DNA of 64,000 bases from Octopus vulgaris (taxonomy: Eukaryota): the NCBI GenBank assembly GCA_951406725.2, contig OX597840.1, positions 25,420,001-25,484,000 of the forward strand, given 5' to 3'. Under the pieces are notes generated by a model. It was not told where the DNA came from and did not search any database. It was given only the letters and a program-made list of their open reading frames with translations. Every line of letters starts with the position of its first letter. The first letter of the stretch is position 1. Both the position numbers and the translations under genes were made by a program. Shown here in pieces: positions 13,226 to 28,357 of this stretch.

Positions 13226-13856
13226 TTATTATCATCTACATTACTAAAAACTGCAAGCGTAACAGCAGTACAAGTATCATCGTACCACACTGTCAAACCA
13301 TCACTACTACACTATTACCAGCATCACCTATACTGTCTCTCGGCACCACTATCGCTACCACCAATACCATTACTGTAACCACTACCAGAATATAAACTAA
13401 GCAACCACTCACACTACATCACAAACACTCTAACAACAACAAAATTTAACCCATAACACCCACCTCCCGCCAAAAAAAGAACTCAACAGCATACTAGCAT
13501 ACCATGAAAACCATCCAATCATCACCGATAACACTAACATCTCTATCACACTACCAGCAATCACCACCATGCCACCTGCAACAAGAACCACCAAAAAATA
13601 CAAAACTCTCATTACAGATACAGACTGAGGGAATTCAAGCTGTTTTGAAAGGGGAATTTTTCCACCCCCTTTCGTTTTTTGCAGTTGGATTTGTCTCCCT
13701 TAAGCTTTTGTTTGGTTTAATGAAATATTGGTCGACAATATTCATCTATTCTCAAAACAGGCGCAGTCTTCGTTAATTCATGGTATTGTGCTTGCCATAT
13801 AGCGCTAGCACGAATTTCACTTTACATTTATACGTTATTATACATGTATACGTAAG

Positions 13857-14016
<160 letters not shown>

Positions 14017-14118
14017 CATTTATATATATATATTTATGTGTATATATATATATAGATATATATATGTATATACGTTTATATGTATACATATATATACACA
14101 AATACATTTATATATAAA

Positions 14119-14165
<47 letters not shown>

Positions 14166-14322
14166 GTAGATATATATATATATATACACTTATATATATA
14201 AACACATACATGCCCCACACACTTATATATACATACACACACACACACATATATATATACACATATACATGCATATATATATATATACATTTATTTACAC
14301 ATACATGTCCCCACATATTTAT

Positions 14323-14358
<36 letters not shown>

Positions 14359-14791
14359 TTATACACTCACCCGTTCTCAATAAACAAAATCACTTGAATA
14401 TCTATGCATTATGCACACTCTTACTCAAATACATAAACAAATCTTGATATAGATGAGCTGGTTTACAACATTTATTTACAATACACTCTTCCTATTCCAG
14501 TACACATACACAAACCACACACACACACACATATATATATATATACATACATACATACATACATACATACATACATACATACATACATACATACATACAA
14601 ATTTACGAAACACAATTTTTAATGTCTAAATAAACTTGAATCCTTACAAGGTCGAAACTGCAGTTAAAATGGACGACCAAAGAAAGGAGTTAACTGACTA
14701 TATCGAAATGCCAGTAATATGGACGCGAGCGAATCCAAAGACGCCGTCTTCAGTGTATACGTGACAGTCCGAAAAATAACAACTATTAATA

Positions 14792-14862
<71 letters not shown>

Positions 14863-16012
14863 TTCCTTGATTTGCCCTCAAAATCTTTGGGTAAGAAATG
14901 AACGGATTATTATGAAAATAATTATTATTAAAATTTTAATTATAATAATTAATAATTAATGATTTATTAGATATACCCGAAAGTAGTTAAGAATGCAGTT
15001 TAATTAAAAGATAAAATATCAAAAAAAAAAAAAATTATTATGTTTTAAAAGAAAAATAGTAATTCCAAATCAGTGCTGATTTTTTTTTTTTAATGGAAAA
15101 CACTGTAATAAATTTATTGAGACCGCCATATTGTGTCTGTAAAGCACAACAGTAAAACCAACAACAACAACAACAGCAGCAGCAGCAGCAGCAGCAGTAG
15201 CAGCAAAGGCAAAGTCAAGAATCAACACGCACAACAACAGCACCGGCAACAACATTATCAGGGCGTGGAACATAATTATTATAGACATTTTTTTTGTTTA
15301 TTATTTAAATTTTTTTGTTTTTGTTTTTTTTTTTCTCTCGTTTTCAAAAGAACAAAAAAAAAAACTTTTTTATGTTGAAATGTCGCCTGTTTCGTTGGTT
15401 TGTTGATTGTCAACGATTGACACCTCACACTTGTAATTGTCTTTTTTTCCGCCTCTTCTCTGGAATATTCGGGGAAATGAAATATCTATCTATTTAACAA
15501 ACAAAAAAAAACACAAAAGATAGAAATAAAATAATTATTAAAAAAAAAAGACACTACGACGAAGGAAAAAAACCCAATCTTTTTTTATTCTAGCTAAAGG
15601 AAGAAGATCTTGCTGTGTTTTGGGCTGCTGGAAAGGGGTTGTTATTGCCAGCAATGATGCACAAGGGAATCCAAAGGCCATGTCTTCGGTGAAGCCATCG
15701 ATGTGCAAAAAACAACAAAAAAGACTCACATAAAAAATAATAAATTAAAATAAAAAATAAAATAATAATAACAATAATGATAAATCTTGGTTGTTGTGTT
15801 CGAATCCTAGGTAATTCAAATTCAAATAAACATATAATGATGGAAAAAAAAAAAAAATTAATCCACATTAACAAAGAAAACGAAAAAAAAAAAACAGGGT
15901 AATTGAAAAAAAAAAACCCTCCTCCGCCCCACCCCATCTCTGTGGGGTATCGAATTAAAGAAAAACAGTATGTACGTAGAGAGAGTTTTTGTGTATATAA
16001 GTGTATGCATAT

Positions 16013-16063
<51 letters not shown>

Positions 16064-16208
16064 AGTAGTTGAATGAATTATCTTATTAAGGATAATTCGA
16101 AAGATAACCGATACCTGGGTAGCAAATTCACATCAGAAAGAACACGGTTGAAGCTACGTCCCTAGGGCATAGACTACGTGTCTTCGTGCGGAAATTTGTA
16201 TGTTTATT

Positions 16209-16311
16209 TTAAAATTATAAGTATATGAAAGAATGGAGTTGAACGACTAGTTAACAAATATCCTTTATTTGTTAACTAGTCGTTCAACTCCATTCTTTGA
16301 TATACATATAA

Positions 16312-16317
<6 letters not shown>
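16209..16317. repeat. Fold-back inverted repeat (about 50-bp arms, about 5-bp loop) at the end of a (TA)n-embedded insert
   Basis: aaagaatggagttgaacgactagttaacaaata tcctt tatttgttaactagtcgttcaactccattcttt. Confidence 0.9.
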
Positions 16318-16352
<35 letters not shown>

Positions 16353-16750
16353 ATATACATATGCGTTTGTTTGCATTTGGATGTGCATGTGTATGTATGT
16401 CATGCATATGTATATATGCGTGAGTGTGTGTGTTTAAGTGTATGCATGTTGTGCATTTGTATATGTATGTGTGTGTCTGTATACCTGAATAATCATATAT
16501 ATATATATACGCACACGTGTGTATACATAAGTATGTACATATATAAATGTATATGTGTATTAATATATTGACATGCACCTGTATATACGTGCATTATGTA
16601 TATGCCTGTATGTATAAGAGGATACATATGTATATTTATATATGTATGTGTATATATATATATGTGTAAGTGTGTATATATATATATGTATGTATAGATA
16701 TGCATATATACATGTATATACATATGTATGTATATATTTATATATTTATG

Positions 16751-16797
<47 letters not shown>

Positions 16798-16839
16798 TGT
16801 ATATAGATACATATACACACACATTTACGTGCGTTTGTA

Positions 16840-16877
<38 letters not shown>

Positions 16878-17016
16878 CTTATATTCATGTGTATTTTAGA
16901 TGTGTATATATCTGTATGTACCAACATATGTATTTACTTATATATATGTCTTAGTGTGTGTGTGTGTATATATATATATGTATATATACACATAGTTATA
17001 TATGTGTATGTACATG

Positions 17017-17073
<57 letters not shown>

Positions 17074-17406
17074 TAATATGTGTGTGTGTGTATGTGTATC
17101 AATGAACTGGAAAAAGTACTCAATATTTAAAGTACTGAGGGGATATTTTTTTATTAACTATAGTTTTCTCCGTTTCCAATTCCGACTTTTGAATCAACTG
17201 AAAGTGAAGGTACGCGACAATATATATGCAAAAATATTCGGTGACACATCGAAATATGATTGACTTACAGTACATCAGTATTTAATTGGTTGTCTGTCAA
17301 AAAATCCGTTAGTGTACGCGTTTCAATCTTCATCTATTCACATTCCATGTGACATTCTCACATGGACAAAAGAAGCAGGTAGTTTGTTCATTTGAAGTTT
17401 TAGATT

Positions 17407-17825
17407 TACTCTTTTACGCTTTTACTCTTTTACTTGTTTCAGTCATTTGACTGCGGCCATGCTGGAGCACCGCCTTTAGTCGAGCAAATCGACCCCGGGA
17501 CTTATTCTTTTGTAAGCCCAGTACTTATTCTATCGGTCTCTTTTGCCGAACCGCTAAGTGACGGGGACGTAAACACACCAGCATCGGTTGTCAAGCAATG
17601 CTAGGGGGACAAACACAGACACACAAACACATACACACACATACATATATATATATACATACATATATACGGCAGGCTTCTTTCAGTTTCCGTCTACCAA
17701 ATCCACTCACAAGGCTTTGGTCGGCCCGGGGCTATAGCAGAAGACACTTGCCCAAGATGCCACACAGTGGGACTGAACCCGGAACCATGTGGTTGGTTAG
17801 CAAGCTACTTACCACACAGCCACTC
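17407..17825 (-). mobile_element. SINE family B, near full length
   Basis: Reverse complement of 52639-53033; further fragments at about 17960-18105 and 18480-18632. Confidence 0.85.
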
Positions 17826-18201
17826 GAATAAATTAATGGGGTTTTTTGTGATAGGGAGTGAGGCGGGCCATCTTTTAGAGTTTGGTGAGTACACTATGCT
17901 GGTGTTAGAAATTGTTCAGGGGGTAACGGGAATGATGTCTGTAAGATTCACCAATCCTTTTATTCTTTTACTTGTTTCAGTCATTTGTGTGTGGCTATGC
18001 TGGAGCATCGTCTTTTAGTCGAAGGAATCGACCCCCAGGAACTATTGTTTGTCAGCCTGGAACTTATTCTATCGGTCTCTTTTACTGAACCGCTACTTTA
18101 CGGGGACAACCACACACACACAAAGACACATACACATAAATATATATGCATGTGTATATATATATATATATATATATATGCATACATATATATATATATG
18201 C

Positions 18202-18235
<34 letters not shown>

Positions 18236-18236
18236 G

Positions 18237-18339
<103 letters not shown>

Positions 18340-18664
18340 CTAATGTAGGAAAAAATTTTTTAGAAGGAAAATTTTATCAATGGCAAGCATATTAAAAAAC
18401 CCATTAAAGGTTAAATTATAAAATTGTTTATATATATATTTATATATATATATAAGCATATATATGCACACATACACACGGCAAACTTCTTTCAGTTTCC
18501 GTCTACCAAATCCATTCACAATGCTTTTATCGGGCTGAGACTATAGTAGAAGATACTTGCCTAAGATGCCATGCAGTGGGGCTGAACCTGGAACCATGTG
18601 GTTGGGAAGCAAGCTTCTTACCACACAGCCACATTTGTTCAAATTTTTAAGTTACCGTAATGAT

Positions 18665-19230
18665 TTTTATTTCTTTTCTGAGATACATAGATAGCAACTT
18701 CTGGAACCACTATGCGCGGAGATATATTGTTCTATAATGAACCACTTGATCTTATAATCGTTAATATTATTATCCTTGAAATCCAGATATATTTAGAGAG
18801 TGAAGTAGTAAAACATTTTGCTAGGTGTCTGTATGTTGGGATATACTATGTAAAACTTTTTATAGAATTTTTGGTAGACCTTATATAGTTCATTATTTCA
18901 TTGGTTTCTGAAAGAAAGACTTTTGTTTAATAAATTGTTTAGAAAAACATTCCATAGGGTTTTTACCATTATATTGGAAATTTTTTTTTGTTTATTACTA
19001 GTGGAAATGATTTATTCTGTTCATACAAGAGAAGTACCGAAGTTTTTGGTGTAATTGTAGCTAAATCCAACGCCTATAGTCTCCATCGTCTATGGAGAAA
19101 TATTGATTACATAAGTCTGGGGCAAATCTTGATAATATTGTAATGAACATTTAAATTACAGAGAGCCCTAAAATTTAAAAGAAAATGTATTATACATTAT
19201 AAGTGAAACAAAGAAGTGCAACTATTATTT
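18665..19230 (-). pseudogene. Penelope-like retroelement, decayed GIY-YIG endonuclease region
   Basis: Minus-strand frameshifted peptides NYIRSTKNSIK (YIG motif decayed), TTSLSKYIW, KDNNINDYKIKWFII and GSRSCYLCISEK match the TxLSKYIWxLK...IKW...CxLCLxEK pattern of PLE endonucleases. Confidence 0.7.
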
Positions 19231-19661
19231 CATTTTTAGATGGTCCCATAGACATAAAAAAAATACTGCAGTTTCACGCGTAGAAGTAAATTGATGTGTA
19301 AACACGTTTTCTTTTGCATGTTTTTCCTGCAAGCAATAAAATCTCAATGTATTGTTAAACAATCATCTATTGATGTGTTATATAATATATTTTAACTATT
19401 TTATAACGCTGCTCCTTATTTTCGATATTTCTAATAATCGGAATCGTAAAACTAAGAGATATTGTTGCTGAAGCGATGTGTGTGTACCTGTGTGAGTATG
19501 TGTGTGTCTGTGCGTCCGTGCGTGTGTGTGCGCGTGTTTGTGTGTGTGTATGTATGTATGTGTATATATAAATCATATATATATATATGTGTGTATTTGT
19601 ATGTATGTGTATGTATAAATTATATATATATATAGATATTTATATATATATATATATATTC

Positions 19662-19695
<34 letters not shown>

Positions 19696-19812
19696 ATTTA
19701 TATATGTATATATTGATATAAATATGTATATATATATATTTATGTATATATATTGTTATATATATGTATATATATATATTGATATATATATATATTGATA
19801 TATATATATATT

Positions 19813-19898
<86 letters not shown>

Positions 19899-19938
19899 CA
19901 TATATATATACACACACATATATACACATATATATATG

Positions 19939-19970
<32 letters not shown>

Positions 19971-19988
19971 CACACATATATACACATA

Positions 19989-20026
<38 letters not shown>

Positions 20027-20631
20027 GATACACATACAAAACACATACGCACGCACTGGGAACACATCAATTCATCGCTTCACATTGGCCAGCTTTGTGC
20101 AGGTGTTAATGGCTACAACACGCGGTAACATGATGCTAGTTAGCTGTTGATGTATAGACGAAGAACTCTATACAAACGGTTACAACTAAACTAAACTGAA
20201 GTGCTTCTACTAAACACCAGTTGAAATTGGTCAGGTACAACAACATGTACTTCTGCGGTACACAGTAATACAATCTGTGTAACTTTGCAGCAGATAGGTG
20301 TGTCTCAGTGTCGGAAGAAACGCTTGACGGGTTCGCATTTCGTACGTACTAGGAAGATTTTTTTAGTATAAATTTTTCATATGCCAACACATGGAAAACA
20401 GTTCAATACTTCGACGTTGAACCGTGTTGTTTCAAGCATTCAATCATGCAGCCAAGGACGGCTTTTCATCTTTCTTTTGCCGCCTGGTCAATCGTTCATT
20501 ATTATGCTTGAGCGAATCGGCAGCATCGAAGAATAAACTCTACAACACAACTTTATTTATTGAGTAATCTTTTTCCCGTTTGTGATTCCACACGTTCATA
20601 CATACATACATACATACATACATATAAATAT

Positions 20632-20690
<59 letters not shown>

Positions 20691-20751
20691 CATATAAATA
20701 TATATATATACATACATACATACATACATATAAATATATATACATACATAC

Positions 20752-20783
<32 letters not shown>

Positions 20784-21084
20784 GCATGTACTATATATGT
20801 ATATATATATTCACACACACACATATATATGTGTATATGTTTGTATATGTATGCAAAGATATACATATATTCAAATATGTGTATATTTAAATGCATACAT
20901 ATATATATATATATATTATATATATATATATACATATATACATATATATATGTATATATATACATATTCATATATATATGTATGTATATATACATATATA
21001 TATATATGTATATATATATATACATATATATATATGTATATATATATGTATATATATCTGTATATACGTATATATATATGTATA

Positions 21085-21131
<47 letters not shown>

Positions 21132-21200
21132 GTATATATATGTATATGTATATATATATATGTATGTATGTGTGTGTGTGTGTATGTATGTGTGTATGTA

Positions 21201-21246
<46 letters not shown>

Positions 21247-22138
21247 TTGCAACAAAGGAAAGCCTCTCAGGGGCTGAAATAAATATATAAACTATAATGA
21301 ATGCATTGACTACTTTTTTCTTTTTCCTCTTATTTGTAAATTTAAACATGTATGTATAAACATATATATGTATATATATTTATGTATATATATATATATA
21401 TATTCATTTATATATACATACAAATTAATGCATGTATAAATATATGTAACTATATGTATATATTAATAAGTATATATAGTATATATGCAGATATATATAT
21501 ATATACATATAAATATAGATATATATGTATGTATGTATGCATGTATATATGTATGTAAGTATGTATGAGTATAACATATATGTATATTCATACGTATAAA
21601 TATCTATACATGCGTATACAAAATGCATGCATGAATATACGTATGTATATAGTTTTTATACCTATATATATAAATATACATATATACATATATAATGTAC
21701 GTATATACATAAATATATATATACATATATATACATATGTATATATGTATACATATGTATGTATATATACATACATATGTATACATATGTATGTATACAT
21801 TCTTACATGTATATGTAAATAATAAATAAGATGTATGCATCTATATGTAAATTTCTCAATTTTTTTATATCATACCTATTATAGAATCGGTACGAAGTTT
21901 CGAACTCTAGCCTCGTCAGATTCAATTTGTTGTTGTTTTATATTAATTTTTGATTTTTATTTTTGTTTACATTTTTTCTTTTTTTTTCCCCCTCCATTTT
22001 TCTGAGTCTATGTTTAATTTCATTTTTTGTATAAATTTTCTAAAATGTTTAAAAACGATCTTCTTTCTTGTATTTTATATTGTTATCATCTTTGTTGGTA
22101 TTATCATCATCTTCATCATCATCATCATTATTATTATT

Positions 22139-22890
22139 AAGGGGTGAGCTGGCAGAAACGTTAGCACGCCGGGCGAAATGCTTAGCGGTATTTCGTCTGC
22201 CGTTAAGTGTTCTGAATTCAGATTCCGCCGTGGTCGACTTTGCGTTTCATCCTTTCGGGGTCGATTAAATAAGTACCAGTTACGCACTGGGGTCTATATA
22301 ATCGACTTAATACCTATGTCTGTCCTTGTTTGTCCCCTCTGTGTTTAGCCCCTTGTGGGTAGTAAAGAAATAGGTATTTCGTCTGCCGTTACGTTCTGAG
22401 TCCAATCGCCTTAATCCCTACCCCCAAATTTGAAACGTTGTGCTTCCTTGTGATTATTATTCTTTTGTACACTAGGCACAAGGCCCGAAATTTGGGGAGA
22501 GGGGACCAGTCCATTAGATTGACCCCAGCATGCAACTGGTACTTAATTTATCCACCCCGAAAGGATGAAAGGCAAAGTCGACCTCGGCGGAATTTGAACT
22601 CAGAACGTGAAGACAGACGAAATGCCGCTAAGCATTTCGCCCGGCATGCTAAAGTTTCTTATTTCTTTATTACCCACAAGGGGCTAAACATAGAGGGGAC
22701 AAACAAGGACAGACAAAGGGATTAAGTCGATTATATCGACCCCAATGCGTAACTGGTACTTATTTAATTGACCCCGAAAGGATGAAAGGCAAAGACGACC
22801 TCGGCGGAATTTGAACTCAGAACGTAAAGACAGACGAAATGCCGCTAAGCATTTCGCCCGGTGTGCTAACGATTCTGCCAGCTCGCCGCC
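22139..22890. mobile_element. Two tail-to-tail SINE family A clusters (+ 22139-22450; - 22470-22890)
   Basis: Heads at 22139 (+) and 22890 (-); same body motifs as other SINE A copies. Confidence 0.8.
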
Positions 22891-22923
22891 TTGAGAAAGG
22901 ATTATTATTTATCATCATCATCA

Positions 22924-22959
<36 letters not shown>

Positions 22960-23324
22960 TATTATTATTATTATTATCATTATTATTATTATTATTATTA
23001 TTGAGTGAGAGAACAGTGCATGCCATCAAAGTAACACTGGGGTAAAATATATGAAGCCCAGTTATATAATCGATTAGCAAACCCCACCCCGCACCAAAAT
23101 TTTCAAGCCTTATGCCGATAGTAAAACGGATTGTTATCATTAAGGCGGCGAACGAACGCAACCGTTGGCGTACCGGACAAAAATGTCTACCGGTATTTCT
23201 TTACGTTCTGAGTTCAAATTACACCAAGGTTGACTTTGTCTTTCATCCTTTTGAGGTTAATGAAATAAGTACTAGTTACGCACTGGAGTAGTAAATGGGA
23301 TTATTATTATTATTATTATTATTT

Positions 23325-23681
23325 AGTGAGAGAGCAGTTCATGCCATCAAAGTGACACTGGGGTAAAATATACGAAGCCCAATCATGACTACCCGTCTGA
23401 TAAGGGTACACTAGGCACATGCATCACAACCATATGTGCGCGACATGGTGATCTCATATCAAGATAAACAGCACATGACCTTGCAGGTGGGGGCCCAGTT
23501 AGAATTTTCTTCAGGTTGAGTAGCCCATCCCGCTCAAAAGGTCCCTGAATAAGGGTTGTTTAAGGATGTTGAAAGAACCACCCATGTTTCCAGAGGTGAA
23601 TTATTCAAACCCCACAGAATCCCTCTCAACACATGGCTATGATGCTCCCCCACTACTTCTGCTCGTGATCAGAGATGCACA

Positions 23682-23685
<4 letters not shown>
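23325..23685. mobile_element. (TAA)n-associated interspersed repeat, family E
   Basis: Homologous to 55993-56397 in opposite orientation and to a fragment at 23003-23060; each abuts (ATT)n/(AAT)n. Confidence 0.7.
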
Positions 23686-23738
<53 letters not shown>

Positions 23739-23761
23739 CATTATTATTATTATTATTATTA

Positions 23762-24030
23762 TTCTATGTTTGACTTTTGCTTTATGTTTGTACAAGTTGG
23801 CTCTAAGTCTCACCCAGAGACCTCAAGAGACAACAGGTTGGAAGTTCGTGTTGTTGTTATGCCTAGTGTGCCATATATTTGGTTTTGTATTTAGTGTTGT
23901 ACTAGTGAATGTCTAAAAAAAATTTAAAAAAACGAAAATTATATTTGTTTTAAAACTTGAGATTACATAGGAAGCATTTTGCGTAGGATATGAGCAGTTC
24001 CAATTAGCACTATCTTTTGAATTTCTGCCA
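23762..24030 (-). mobile_element. R4/Dong-like non-LTR retrotransposon 3' end
   Basis: Minus strand AEIQKIVLIGTAHILRKMLPM* then 3' UTR; flanked on both sides by (TAA)n, the known Dong target. Confidence 0.7.
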
Positions 24031-24053
24031 CTATTATTATTATTATTATTATT

Positions 24054-24458
24054 ACTCTTTTACTCTTTTACTTGTTTCAGTCATTTAACTGCTGCCATGC
24101 TGGAGCACCGCCTTTAGTCGAGCAAATCGACCCCGGGACTTATTCTTTGTAAGCCCAGTACTTATTCTATCGGTCTCTTTTGCCGAGCCGCTAAGTGAAG
24201 GGGACGTAAACACACCAGCGTCGGTTGTCAAGCAATGCAAGAGGGACAAACACAGACACACACACACACACACACACATACACACATATATATACGACAG
24301 GCTTCTTTCAGTTTCCGTCTACCAAATCCACTCACAAGGCATTGGTCGGTCCGGGACTATAGCAGAAGACACTTGCCCAAGGTGTCACGCAGTGGGACTG
24401 AACCCGGAACCATGTGGTTGGTTAGCAAGCTACTTACCACACAGCCACTCCTGCGCCT
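24054..24458 (-). mobile_element. SINE family B, full length
   Basis: Complete head to tail match with other B copies. Confidence 0.9.
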
Positions 24459-24459
24459 G

Positions 24460-24503
<44 letters not shown>

Positions 24504-24733
24504 GAAGAAGTCACACAGTATCCAATATCGTGATGTTGTTGATTGAAGATATTGTGTCTCCCGGGGGTTTGTACTGTTTGTCAAGTCACCACAAGGACCT
24601 CAGACAGACGGTACTTTACGCAATAAGCGTGCAGTTCCAAGTAATGCCGACTTTTGCAATTCACCTAGATTCTAGGATATTTCTAAAGTTCCCAGATGTT
24701 TTTTTCAGGTTGGGTGGTATTGAACACAAGCAG
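24504..24733 (-). mobile_element. R4/Dong-like non-LTR retrotransposon 3' end (second subfamily)
   Basis: Minus strand SIPPNLKKHLGTLEIS*NLGELQKSALLGTARLLRKVPSV*, followed by UTR and (TAA)n. Confidence 0.7.
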
Positions 24734-25472
24734 TGGTTTGACAGAATTTAATTTTGTAGTAACTTAGGTCAAACGGAAATTGTATTTGTTTTTCCTTTCT
24801 TTGATAATAAAACTAGAAACCATCGAATACTGTGGTCGACTAAATCTTCACGCCATTACCCTACCCAACTAAAATATCTGAAGCCTTGCACCAATATTAG
24901 AGACACTTATTGTTTCAGTTGTTCTTATCCAATCATAAACAATGAATGGTTTGTTTTCGTTTGTTGTTTTAGTTAATTTACTTTTACGGCTTTACTTGGA
25001 TTTTTATCAGTAAATCATATATTTGCCAACTGACAACAATGTAGCGAGGAATTTTTTTTTAAATAGAAATAACAAACAACAGATTATAGGACCCCCTCTG
25101 TGGTACAAATGTTCGTGATAATGTTACCGGAGTTTCGTAAACAGTATAAACAAGCATCTCCGCATAGACAATAGGCAGTATAATATCTATATATATAAAA
25201 GAAAAAGCGTTGAAGGGAACTGCAATTGCACCAGAAACAAATATTATTTCTATAACAAGTATAAATAAATGAAAACTTCTCCTCCATGTAATTATAAGAA
25301 GTTTTATATCTACCCTCTTAAAGAGTAATATCTTTTTAGTGATTTATTTTTTTTTAGAATCAAGGTTTCACTCGCAGAAAACAGTCAAACAAACAACTAT
25401 ATAACTTTTATAACGCAGAATGAAACTACTTTTGGAAAAATGATTCTTGCAATACACACACACACATACACA

Positions 25473-25947
<475 letters not shown>

Positions 25948-25966
25948 ATATATATATATATATATA

Positions 25967-27236
25967 TTGGGTCATCCCATAAATAATGCAGTGTTTTTAT
26001 ACTTCTTTTATTTTTCAAAATTAAGAAAAACAAAGTTCTTTTTTAAATCTAAAATATACTCTCCTTCATTTTCTACAATGCTCTTCCATCTATCTGGTAG
26101 AATTGCAAGGCTTCTCTTCCAAAATTCACTTATCCGTGACGAAAAGTACTCCTCTTGTATTGTTCTGACCTCATCTACAGAATTCATGTTTTTTCCATCC
26201 AAATGATTTTGAAGACTGCGGAATAAATGATAATCAGATGGGGCAATATCCGGTGAATATGGTAGGTGGGGCATCCTTTCCCATTTAAACTGCCCCAGCC
26301 TTTGGAATGTGGGCGAGCATTATCCTGATGGAAGAAAACCTTTCGTCTTGAAACCAAAGATGGTCGTTTTTCTTCTAGCACTGACTTAAGCCACTGAAGC
26401 TGTTCGCGGTAGATCTCCTTTGTTATCGTTTGGTTTGGGTTTAAAAGTTCAAAGTGGACTAAACCTTTTATATCCCACCAAACAGATAATACCTTACATG
26501 GGTGAAGACCTTCTTTAGCCTGGGGTGCCGGTGTTTCTCCTTTCCCTACCCACTGTTCTTGCTGCTTGACATTCTTATAGAGAACCCATTTCTCATCACC
26601 AGTCACTATTTGGTCCCCCAAAAGGGTTCATTTGTGACATGTGACAGCAAAGAAGAGCGCACATTCACTCTCTGCGCATGATTAGACTTGGAAAGTTTGT
26701 GAGGAACCCATTGACCCAATTTGCTGACCTTTCCGAAGGCACGCAGGTGTCGATGAATGGTTGAATGACCAAATCCAAGCTTCTCTGCTAGTTCCGCAAC
26801 AGTTACGACGGGATTTTGTTCCACCAGGGTTTGCAGGATGTCCTCGTCGAGCTCTACAGATCTTCCAGAACATGACTCGTCTTCTAGGCTGTAGTTTCCG
26901 GCTCGGAATTTCTGGAGCCACCGTTGGCACTGGCTTACACTTATTGTCCGATCCCCATATACTGCATTAATATTCCTCGCACTTTCCGTTGCGTTGTTGC
27001 CTTTATTGAACTTATAAAGCAAAATATGCCAAATATGCTCCTTTGTCACTTCCATTATAGCTTTCAAAAATAACTTCTAAAATCGAACTGCACTCTTCAA
27101 AACTTACACTAAGAATAAGCACATGGTAAAATTACAAACTGCTTTTATAGCAAGTTCATGCAGGTAGTTTATCCTACTCCCGCCTCCGACCTTTTAGTTC
27201 ATGCAATTGAAAAAACCGCATTATTTATGGGATGAC

Positions 27237-27240
<4 letters not shown>
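25967..27240 (-). mobile_element. Mariner (Tc1/mariner, DD34D) transposon, near full length, 1274 bp
   Basis: TIRs ttgggtcatcccataaataatgc / gcattatttatgggatgacccaa, flanked by TA within (TA)n. Confidence 0.95.
26040..27055 (-). pseudogene. Mariner transposase, frameshifted
   Basis: MEVTKEHI...WVPHKL, IVTGDEKW, HQDNARPH, PYSPDIAPSDYHLF and GEYILD are split over three ORFs (26606-27067, 26184-26621, 26008-26274). Confidence 0.95.
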
Positions 27241-27334
<94 letters not shown>

Positions 27335-27482
27335 GGAATATTATTCCAAACTTACAGGGAAGAATTACTTAATTATTGTTATATGTTTTAACTTATATTT
27401 AATCATTCTATAATATGGAATTTTTCTAAATGGTATAATTTAATTTTTCAATATTGAATTGATGAAAGGTGGGTTTTTTCTA

Positions 27483-27509
<27 letters not shown>

Positions 27510-27519
<10 letters not shown>

Positions 27520-27733
27520 AAATGAAATCAAAAACAGAACACAAAGGATGTCGCGGTATACGTGTTTCAAGCTTTATAAACAACCTATTCTTACATCAGT
27601 GTAAGGTCGTTTATAAAGCTTGAAACACGTATACCGCGACATCCTTTGTGTTCTGTTTTTGATTTCATTTCATACATATACCCTCTCACCTCTGCTACTA
27701 GCTGGCGTACACAGGTGCTTACACTTATCAAGT
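27510..27733 (+). mobile_element. Fold-back insert in (TA)n with hammerhead 3' half (putative PLE pLTR remnant)
   Basis: About 76-bp inverted arms (27510-27586 / 27604-27680) containing GAAACACGTATAccgc; tail tacacaggtgctta..ttatcaagta is shared with the insert at 37593-37945. Confidence 0.7.
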
Positions 27734-27839
27734 ATATATATATATATATTGAAGGAAAAGGAAAAGGAAACCCAGGCAAGATGAGCATCTCAGGTCATTT
27801 AGAATATTTAATTAGAGCCGGAGTAGAAGTAAGTAATGT

Positions 27840-28340
27840 CTTATAGCTGTTTCATCGGTGTTTTCTGATGCAGCGTCCAGGTAGCCTCATCCTTCTATGC
27901 TGTATCTTTCATGTTACTTTTGGTAGTTCCTGATGTAAGTCACTGTTTGTTGCATGACTCTTCCGGGAGACATTGAGTGCCTTTCTAAGCATCCTCGTAT
28001 AACAACCGTCCAACTGCTTCTTCAATACTTTAGCGAGCGTCCATGTTACAGCCCCGTGTAGAAGAACAGACTCCATTGTTGCCAGAAACAACCTCACTTT
28101 CAATTTCCTGGCTAACTTTGAACTCCATACCTTTCTCAGTCTATGGCAAGAACTTTCCTTGCTACGATGTCTTTTTCAGTACTTTCTGTCCAGGAGAGGA
28201 AGGGAGAAGACGACCTATATCGATAACTTGCTGGAGGGTACTGGTATGGAAGGGGTACAGGGGCTGAGGACCATTATGGAAGATCGAGATGAATGGGGGA
28301 AACGTGTGGAAACAGTCTTGGGGCGTCCTGTGAGACGACT
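27840..28340. mobile_element. RTE-clade LINE 3' fragment with 5' inversion
   Basis: Minus strand KVRLFLATMESVLLHGAVTWTL...LDGCYTRMLRKALN...LPKVT (about 27840-28185); plus strand RGREKTTYIDNLL...MEDRDEW (about 28188-28340) is the downstream part of the same ORF type. Confidence 0.75.
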
Positions 28341-28357
28341 TATATAGATAGATACAA

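Noticed and set aside
20060-20580. Island of complex sequence between TA tracts
   Set aside because: No ORF, terminal repeats or motif I could recognise; left unassigned.
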